A stretch of DNA of 64,000 nt from Octopus bimaculoides (Eukaryota). The stretch lies in the NCBI RefSeq assembly GCF_001194135.2, contig NC_068985.1:110366602-110430601 (forward strand), given 5' to 3'. The position numbers and the translations under genes are program-made. Position 1 is the stretch's first letter, and each line of letters opens with the position of its first letter. The notes under the pieces were generated by a model that was given only the letters and a program-made list of their open reading frames with translations, was not told the origin of the DNA and ran no database searches. Positions 51,246 through 61,800 of this stretch are shown in pieces.

Positions 51246-54200
51246 TGTTGATTGTCTTCAACCATCACCATCACTAGTACCACCTCCATTGACACCATAA
51301 CTGCCATTCAGACTTCTGACGCCACCACCATCAATACCTGCAACTTCGCCGCCTTTCCCTCCATCATCACTGTCTTTCACATCGCTTACTATCATCGTCA
51401 TCCCTGACTGCCTCGGCTACCACCACCACCACCATCATGTCCGTCGCCTCCACCTCCATCACAACTACAGCTCATACTATTATTATCACCCCATTACCAT
51501 CACAACTGTCAGTCTACTACCACCCTCACTATGCCTACTATTACTCTCATCCCAGCAGGAGGAATAGTAGAAGTGTCATTGAATTGTGAGAGGTGGGGGG
51601 TCAAAGTGTGACACACTGACACACAAATTCGTTTTGGCATTTATTATTATTACACACACACGCATATATATATATATATATACACACATTATGGCTGAAA
51701 AACAAAAGCTAAAAACAGGATAGAATACTTTTGATAACATTGTAACAATTTTTTTTTTTTTTGTCTTAGGCCAGTGTTATTCCCTATTTGCTTTCATCTA
51801 GAAATCAAAGGAAATGACAACTATTCCCTTCAAACTTTGCTTTTGTGACCAGGACATCAATGTTTTGAAACTGACTGATTTTCCATTACATTTCAGACAG
51901 ATTCAGCGCTGAGTTGCTGAAGCAGAAATATTGTTATAGCAAATATTCTGCTCAATACCACAGATTTGCTTGTCAGTTGCTTGACCTTAACCACTTGAGG
52001 AGGTCCCTTAGTAGCAGACAATATGTGTATCTTTGATCATGAGAAGGAGTAGTTGGGGAGCGTCATTGCCATGTGCAGAGAGGGTTTCTTTGAGATTTGA
52101 ATAAACGTAGCAAAAGCAAGGTTTGAAGGAAATATCAGCCATTTTTCATATTTTCTAGGAGTATCATTTGCTTGACCTTAATCTCTTGAACATGTCCCTT
52201 AGTAGCGGACAATATGTGTATCTTTGATCATGAACAGGAGTATTGGGGGGAGCATCATAGCCATATGCAGTGAGGGATGCACATGGCTGTGATGCTTCAA
52301 ATATAGTTTTTGTTTGAAGGAAATATTAACCATTTTTCATACTTTCTATGGGTAAGCAAATAGGAAATAGTTGCTAAGAACAAAAATTGTGTTACCCAGT
52401 GTAATAGATCTACTCGATCAGGCCTGACCTGGGGTTAAACAACAACAACAATAATAAACAAAGCAGTCAAATCAATTAACAAGGGAGGTTGTCAAGTTGT
52501 TAGACAACCAACTGATTGAAGAATAAAAAGGTGATTCATATAAATTAGTTAAGACATATGTAACGAGGTTGAATTATAGCCAACTGGTAGTAGACTTTCT
52601 CAAACTAATTAAGAACGAAAATAAATTAGAATCAATTATTTATCAAAGGAAGTTTTCAAGTCATTAGGTAAATCGACCAGTTTCAAGAATAGACTTGAAA
52701 CATGTTTGAAAAATCTTAAATTCAAAATCTCTTTCTAATGTTGGTAAAAGACACAGTATCAGGATATTGTGGCTGTGTGGTTAAAAAGCTTACTTTGCAA
52801 CCCTGTGGTTTCGGGTTCAGTCCCACTGCATGGCACCTTGGGCGAGTATTTTCTATTATTGCCCTGTGCTAACCAGTGCCTTGTCCCTGTATTTGATAAA
52901 TGGTAGTTATGTGGAACCCACCACACACACACACACACACACACACATGTATCATCATCATCTTCGTTTAACATCCGCCTTCCATGCTAGCCTGGGTGGG
53001 ACAATCCCACAAGAGCCAGCCTGGCCAAAGCCTGCACCAGACTTTCTTGACTGTTTTGGCAGGATTTTTACAGCTGGATGCCCTTCCTAACACCAACCAC
53101 TTTACAGTGTGGACTGGGTGCTTTTAAGTGGCACCTGCACTGATAGGGTCACCAAGTACTTGCAAGACAATAAAGTAAAATCTTTCTAGAGGAGAGGAGG
53201 CATTGGAGGAGGTGATCTTGTGTTGGATGATGAAAATGTTATCGTGAAAGGCCTGGTTGGAAGTCCAACCTTCAAAGTTCTTTTACAGGGCTTAAGTAAA
53301 CAGAAGGACCACTGCAATATAAGTGGGTGAATCTGAGAGGGAAATGTGTTGAATAAAATTATAATTAACTGATCCTCCTGTATTTTCTTTTACCTAAAGC
53401 CAGGAACTTTTCAGCACTCCCTTGTATAAATGTGTGTGTATCTGTGATGGGGATAAACATGTGTTTTTTCCCCCCCACCACCAGTCACTTAACAATTGGT
53501 GTTGATCTGCTTAAGTCCCTATTATTTAGTTTAGCAAAAGAGTCTGATATAATAAGTACCAGACTTTAAAAATATAAGTACTGAGGTTGATTTGTTGTCC
53601 TTCAAGATTGTGCCCCAGCATGGCCATAGTCCAATGACTGAAATAAGTAAAAGAAATAATAAAAGCTATGTGTTTGGCTGTCAAATTGTACATACAATAA
53701 TTAAAGTAAATAACAGCTTCATTGTCCATAGGTCACTAATTGCAAACTGGTCAAACGTGGTGTGACCTTGGATGGTTTAGATTTGATGGGTTGCACAACA
53801 ACAAACTGATCAATGAACTAATGACGAAAGCTCTACATGGTTGCTAGACATAGCAGCCAAATTGTCTAAAATCACAATACACCATTGTAACACCTTTATT
53901 ACTATGTTATTGTTGAAGTACACTGTATTTAAATATATTTTGAAAATTAGGAAAATTTACGACTGCTTTCATAAGCTAATCAAATTTATGGGATGCAAGA
54001 GGCAGTTATAAACATCTGTCATGTTTATTATACAACGTCACAATGCAGAGCAAATGAGGGTCACAGATGGTGTTTCCTGTAAGTTATTTGCATGTGGAGA
54101 ATGTTTTATAACTAGGGAAGGGAAAAAATGTGCTCACATGATTTTCATTATGAAATCAAATTTTTAATTGATGGTTACTCACGTGGATGTACACATAAAG

Positions 54201-55811
54201 AAAACAAATTTTGCACGTGATGCAACTTTCTCTATATACCCACAGCAAAAAANNNNNNNNNNNNNNNNNNNNNNNNNNNNNNNNNNNNNNNNNNNNNNNN
54301 NNNNNNNNNNNNNNNNNNNNNNNNNNNNNNNNNNNNNNNNNNNNNNNNNNNNNNNNNNNNNNNNNNNNNNNNNNNNNNNNNNNNNNNNNNNNNNNNNNNN
54401 NNNNNNNNNNNNNNNNNNNNNNNNNNNNNNNNNNNNNNNNNNNNNNNNNNNNNNNNNNNNNNNNNNNNNNNNNNNNNNNNNNNNNNNNNNNNNNNNNNNN
54501 NNNNNNNNNNNNNNNNNNNNNNNNNNNNNNNNNNNNNNNNNNNNNNNNNNNNNNNNNNNNNNNNNNNNNNNNNNATATATAAATATATATGACAGGCTTC
54601 TTTCAGTTTCTGTCTACCAAATCCACTCACAAGGCTTTGGTTGGCCTGAGGCTATAATAGAAGACACTTGCCCAAGATGCCATGCAATAAGACTGAATCC
54701 GGAACCATGTAGTTGGCAAGCAAGCGATTTACCACACGACCATCCCTGTACCTATGTTAGATGAATGTGTAATAAACCTAAAATTAAAATATATGTATAC
54801 TCATGACACTTTAATTACTGGATTATGAAAAATTTTTTAATTTCAACACATTAAGCTTAAAATGTTCGTTATCACTAACCTTTACTAATTTGATCTAACT
54901 GCTCATATCCCTCTATCTAGGAGTGTTAAAAGCAGATTTGGTACTAAGCCATCTGAGACTATCCCTAGATCTATGATACAAATTTAGAGGGAATATTTGA
55001 TGAACATATAATTCTTTATACAATAGGCAGTATCTGTGATCTGCCAATCATGTTTTCTTTGATTCTTTACCTAAATGTGTAGGTGACTATGTAACTAAAT
55101 CCAAACAATGATGTAAGAAAACAGCATCATTTATCAGTGAATGCAGAGTGGAAGTAACCCATTGGGATTGTTAGTAACTACTAAGATAAATGCAGAACAC
55201 GAAGGTATATATTTTCTTATAGTGTTACCTACACCCACATAATGGGTGCTATGAATATATATATATATAGCGATGAACACCATTCCTCCAAGTGATTGGC
55301 TTAAAAAATTGTTAAGATATTAAGATATTTTCTTAACATGAAAAAAATGGTAGCCTTAATGCACAAATAAAGAAATTTCATCCACCAATGCAGTGCTGAG
55401 CACTCATTCTCATTGTTCAGCATTTATGCAAATATATATATATATATACATATATATAGCCAGTGGCACATAAATAGCACCATTTGAGCGTGATCGTTAG
55501 CAGCGTTGCCTTACTGGCATGTGAAAAGACATTCAAGCGAGGTCATTGCCAGTGCCACTGGACCGGCTCCTGTGCAGGTGGCACGTAAAATACACCATTT
55601 TGAGCGGGGCCATTGCCAGTACCGCCTGACTGGCCTTCGTGCCGGTGGCATGTAAAAGCACCCACTACATTCTCGAAGTGGTTGGCGTTAGGAAGGGCAT
55701 CCAGCTGTAGAAACTCTGCCAAATCAGATTGGAGCCTGGTGTTGACATCTGGTTCACCAGTCCTCAATCAAATCGTCCAACCCATGCTAGCATGGAAGGC
55801 GGACGTTAAAC

Positions 55812-55847
<36 letters not shown>

Positions 55848-58800
55848 ATATATTAGCAGTAACACTTGTCGTTGATCAAGAGAAATTTTGTGGGAGTAGG
55901 GTAATCCATTACATTGAGCCCAGGGCTCAACTGGTATTTGTTTTATCAACCTTGAAAAAGAGGAAAGGCACATCTGACCTCAGTGTAAGGAACCAGAAGA
56001 AATGTCATTAAATACTTTATCCAGAGTGTTAACAGTTCTGCCAGCTCTCCACCCAATTAGTTGGGCATTTGAGCGAGACTAAGTCCCACATGTTCTTAGT
56101 GCTTATTATGCCTGCACATCTGCCAAACATGAAGTGGACCTTATCCATTAATCTACCTGTGATTCAACTGCATCTCTTATGTGTCTATGGCTTACACTGG
56201 GTACAGTGAATGGAATTCCTTCCCACTCCTTTCCTACAAATTGAGCAAGGCCATTTACCTGATGAAAAGAGAGTTGTATCTGCTTTCTTGCTAACAACAA
56301 CCTTGGTCTTTGCTAGGTTAACTTCAAAGCCTTTTGATTCCAGGTTTTGCTTCTTTACCAGTTCAATCTCTGCTTTACTGCCTACTTTAACCCTTTAGCA
56401 TTTGAATTGCCCACATTCAGCCCATATATGCTACCTGTTTTATGTTCACACTGGCCAGATTTGGCCACTCATACATACCCTACAATGTCATGGTAGGGTA
56501 TGTATGAGTAATAATCACATTTTTGGAATCCTGAAATTACAAGTTAATGCATGATTAATTCAAAACAGTGTGGATAAATAAGCATTACATTTAACAGAAT
56601 AATCTGAGTGCTAAAGAGTTTAAATTTGATTTACAAAAGCAGTGACTGCTATAAACTTATGGAAATGCTTCACAATAGAACTTTTGTATGAAATCTATCA
56701 ACAGTCGGCATGTCAGTAATTTACATAACAGAAGTAACAGTCAAAAATGTGTCTAATATTCAAATCAATCAACCTGATTTAGTTCTAAGTGTAAATGCTT
56801 TAAATACTGTTTCACACTTGCTGTATAATTAAAGTATTTCATTACTGATGAAGGGTAATAAACTAGGAACAACGTTAGGGAAGTAGTGATGTCATAAGAT
56901 CATAGTTTAAGTGCGGCTGTGTGGTAAGAGGTTTACCTTACAACTACAGCTACATGGTTTGGAGTTCAATCCCACTGCATGGTACTTTGGGCTAGTTTCT
57001 TTTACTATAGCTCCGGGCCAAGCAAAGCCTTGATTTTGTAGTTGGAAACTGAAATGAAAGAAGCTTGTTGTGTGTGTATGTGTGTGTGTCCTTGCTTTGA
57101 CATCACGTGATAGTTGAAAAATGATTGTCACTGTCATACAAGCAGTGTCATCCATTTCTAATATTCTGGGAGAACATATCAGGCCATAAAGAAATATTTC
57201 TTTACTTGCAAACAGATGAGGAGTTGGTGACAGGTAAGGTGTTTGACCCTAGAAAATCTGCCTCAATAAACTCTGTCTGACTCATGCAAGTATAAATGGA
57301 CGTTAAAATGATGACAACAATAATGATGATGATAGCAAAGCTTTGTATGAATATATAAAATGAAGCAAATTTTTCATATTTGTATTTAGAGGCATTTAAT
57401 AGATCTAGAAATGCAGTCAGTTGACTCTGGATCCATTTCTATTTGGAAGCAAAAATTCATTCCACTATCAACCTCCTCCTCCTTCCATGCTGGCATGGGT
57501 TGGACAGTTTGACAGGAGCTGGCCAGACAGAAGTTCACACCATACTTCTGTGACTATTTTGGCATAGATTTTTATGGATGGATGCCCTTCTTAGCACCAA
57601 TCACTCCGCAAAGTGGACTAAGTGCTTTTTACGTGGCACCAGCACAGGTGAGGTCAGTTTTGACATGGTTATGCCTTTCCAAATGCCAACCACTTTACAG
57701 TGTGAACTGGATGCTTTTTAAGTGGCACCTGCATCGGCAGGGTCACCTAGTAACTTTGCAAGACAAGGAATCTTTGAGAGGGAAGGGGACATAGTATAAA
57801 ACAAATTGAATGAGAATGTGTATAAAATATTTCGACTGTAAACTTTTGAGTTTGTGGAACTGCATTTGAAACGAAATTTTGACACTCTTAAAATTCTTGA
57901 AAAAGTATTCCTTACCATTTTCTCATTAACATTTTCATGGGGAACATTGTTCTCACAGTAACTAATATGAAAATGAACCAGATAAACCAATTAGTGATAA
58001 CTAGAATGCTGTATCCATAGCATTAAAATGTATGCTTTTTTATTTCTTCCGTAAAGCAACTTTCTTCTCAAACTCAGCAATGAAAAAGACATTGAAGTTC
58101 AGGTAACTTTTTGAAATTTCAAGTTATATTTTATTAATCTTCAAGTTTTATAAATGCATTGATAAAACAGACTACTTATTTGCAAGTGTAGGATTATTAA
58201 AATGTTTTAGATTTCAATTTATTGAGCTTAAAAGGTTCACTATTGTTGACCTATTTTAACCCGACCCTACAGCTCATATCCTTCTGTCTGGGAGAGTCTC
58301 TCTCAGATTGTTATCAAAGAGGTAAAACATTTTCAATACCAACCTACCTGCGACTGTCCCTGGATCTATGATACAAACTTCATGTTTTAAAGTGGTCTCA
58401 ATTAGAACCTTCCATTAAAATTTCATGTTAATTAATGTTCCAAACACCTTGGTAATAATAGCATGTTTTATTTGATTCTTTTATAAACATTTCATTAAAT
58501 TCTTCAAAATTAATTGAAACAAAAGCCAGTGTATTCCAACTGAAACATGGTAACAAAAGGGTTAAAGTTTATCAAGAGCTTCCACAAGGATGAAAATTTA
58601 TATGAAATTTTTTCTGTGATCTGCCAGTCATGTTTTCTTTGACTCTTTACCTAAATGTGTAGGTGACTATGTAACTAAATCCAAACAATGATGTAAGAAA
58701 ATAGCATCGTTTATCAGTGGATGCTGAGTAGAAGTAACCCACTGAGGATTGTTCGTAACTACTAAGATAAATGCAGAACACCAAGGGATATATTTTCTTA

Positions 58801-61800
58801 TAGTGTTACTTACACCCACATAATGGGCGCTATGGAGATGAACACCATTCCTCCAAGTGACTGGCTTGAAAAATTGTTAAGATATTAAGATATTTTCTTA
58901 ACATGAAACAGATGGTAGCCTTAATACACACATGAAAAAATTTCATCCATCAATGCAATGCTGAGCACTCATTGTTCAACATTTTCACAAATATATATTG
59001 TTCAACATTTATGCAAATATATATATACTAGCAGTAACAACCGCTGTTGATCGGGTAATTACTTTTACTGTTTCTCGGGAGCCACATTGAAAGTATTATT
59101 ATATATATAATTTACTCCTCCTGTATGTGTGTATTTTTATAAGAGAAAAATATGTAATAACTGAAGTAGAAAAAAGATCGATTTCATACCTGAACCTCCT
59201 GTATTTGTGTATTTTATAAGAGAAAAGCATATAATAATTGAAGTAGAAAAAAAGATAGATTTCATTCTTGGATGTAATGATAGTAATGGAAAATTAAATT
59301 ATTGAAGTATTCATGTTGCATTAAGAGTGAATTTTTCTTTATAAACAATGGTTTTGTTTTATTTTGGGGTGCATAAGCAAAAAGATTTGCTTTTGCTCCC
59401 ATAACGTGATGCTTCTACATAAAGTTGGCCATGTGAAAAGCATGATTGTTCAAGTTGCAATCCAACAACTGTTAGTGTTTGGCCCTGAGTTTTATTATTG
59501 CTCATGGCAACAAAAAGTAGGATAGAAAACTGTGACCACTTAAATTGGAATGGGGCATTAGATGGTATAACTGGTATGTGAGGAATGAAGACATCTCACC
59601 TTTACCACAACCACTGAGAATATTTATCTCAATGCAGTTCTTCATAAGTTTGTGCACAATTAATCTTGTTCCATTGCATAATTTTTGTTGAGACAAATTA
59701 AGCAATAGAAGAATAGCTTCTCCTGAACCATTTACTTTCATTTTGCTGGGCAGACAAACAAACAGACAGAATCTTTCTTGTATATATATAGATAGATGTA
59801 TATAACTCTCAGAAGCAATTTATAGGACTCCATACAAATATAGAAGAATCTTTAATATATTATAACTGAAAGGCTCAGACAGAGAGAGAGAAAATGTAAA
59901 TACAATGAACAGTAAAAAAGGACTGGTTATTATGCTGCAAAGCTGAATAGAAGAGAGATGCAAACGGGTAGCCAACCAAGATCATTCAACTGTAGAAATA
60001 GTGGGAGCTGTCTACTAGATGGTAACTGTCTGGCAAAGTCGATTGTATACAGATCAAAGGTTGAATCAAACAGCAGTGATCAACCTAAAGCATATATTGA
60101 GGCACTGGAACTCACATTCAAAAACCGTTATTACAAGCATAAACATTTATTTGTCAACCCTGATAAAAAATGTGCTCAGCTTAGTCAAAATTTATATGGT
60201 TCTTGTGTGAGACAAGTCCTCATGAATTCAAAATTACCTGGTCTATTGTAGATAATATGCAACCTTACAGGAATGGAAGCTTCAAATCAAAGATACAGTG
60301 TGACCTTTGTTTGAGTGAAAAACTGAGTATTTTGACTCAAGGCACCAATAGTTTGAACAAAAGAAATGAACTGTTAACGCCTTGTATGCATGTGGCTAAG
60401 TATCTTTTATGCAAATACAAGCCTCCTTGAATTTTGTTCTGGTTCAGAAAAAAGACATTGATCTTTGAAATGTTTGATTAATGGGTTTTATTGATATATG
60501 TTTTAATATGTTTGTGTGCATGTCTATATGTAAGTATATGTATATAAGCATACGTGTATATGTAGACATAAATATAAAATTCTGTTTATATATGTGTGTA
60601 TCTATGTGAGTTCATATGTATATATATATTCTTTTGCACAGGCACATGCAAAATGAACACCTGCATAGACACTTATTGTTTTTGAAAACATTAATTAAAA
60701 GTATTATTTTGGAACATTACTTAAACAGCAATGCAATTTCTTGACTTCCATTGTATGAAGTTTATAATGTTTAGAATAATTTTACCAGAAGAATCAGAGA
60801 TGAAATCAAAAGCATGAACTTGAAGCTGTTGTCTTCACATGTGTTGTTCACAAAGGTTTTTAAATGAAACAATATAAGAATATGCGTTTCCTTCAAAGTT
60901 TCATTTCGTATTTCAAAAAATATTCTGACAGTGGATATTCAAAAGAAAACCGGGCTCAATTTATCAGCTGTTGATCGGAAACGAGCAACTCCAAGTACTG
61001 GAAATTGGAGCCTTTCATTTATAATGTATGTGTGTGTGTGTATACATATACAGAGAGAGAGAGAATGTAAATACAACAAACAATAAAATAAAAGTTATGT
61101 ACGAGGTCTGATCAATAAGTATCCGGACTGTAGCCATAGTATTGAAGCTAAAGAATGCAGAGTGAAGCTGCTTGGCAACGATTGACCTTGAACTCTGCTG
61201 TGCATGCACACTAGGTTTTAATGTTCTTGCTCACTTCCATTGTTTAAAGCAGTGCTTGGAAGGAAGGTGTGTAGCATGTGATCATTGCATTGACCGTGGC
61301 AGAGAAAGTTGTCATGGCTATACTTGCTCAGAGGCCTGCACAAAGTTGCAGAAAGTGTATGGAGAGGAGTATATGAGCCACACGCAAGTGTACAAGTGGT
61401 TCAGATATTTCCAAGATGGCCGAAAATATGTTCATATTGATGAACATTCTGGGAGACCTGCAGCCAGCAGAAATGAGAAAAACACCATACATGTGCATGC
61501 AGCTGTGAGGGGAAATTGTCGAATCACCATCCATGAGTTATCAGAGGAAGTGCAGATTAGTTACAGTTCAGTTCAGTCTATTATCACTGCAGATTTGAGT
61601 ATGAGGCACATGTCTGCCAAGCTTGTGCCAAAACTGCTTTCAGCTGACAAAAAAGACACTCGGGTTTCAGTTGCACAAGATCTTGATTCTGTCAAGAATA
61701 AGGAAAACTTTTTGAAAACTTTGCATAGGCCTCCAAACAGGTATCGCCAAGCTTTTCACAAAATTTGATGCAGATTCTCTTCTTAACTTCCTCTGTCATG

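Larger units (their letters stand above)
59859..61088 (+). mobile_element. Penelope-like element relic (GIY-YIG endonuclease plus hammerhead, no RT)
   Basis: GIY-YIG remnant, downstream hammerhead fold, 38-bp direct repeats (59880, 61051) and an 18-bp inverted repeat (59859, 61008). Confidence 0.75.

Noticed and set aside
9682-54764. Long ORFs in the track dominated by X
   Set aside because: They are artefacts of N-gap read-through.
60924-60957. Possible second, tandem hammerhead remnant (CTGACAGTGGATATTCAAAAGAAAACCGG)
   Set aside because: It needs about six changes to fit the core and has no stem I; not supportable without a family consensus.
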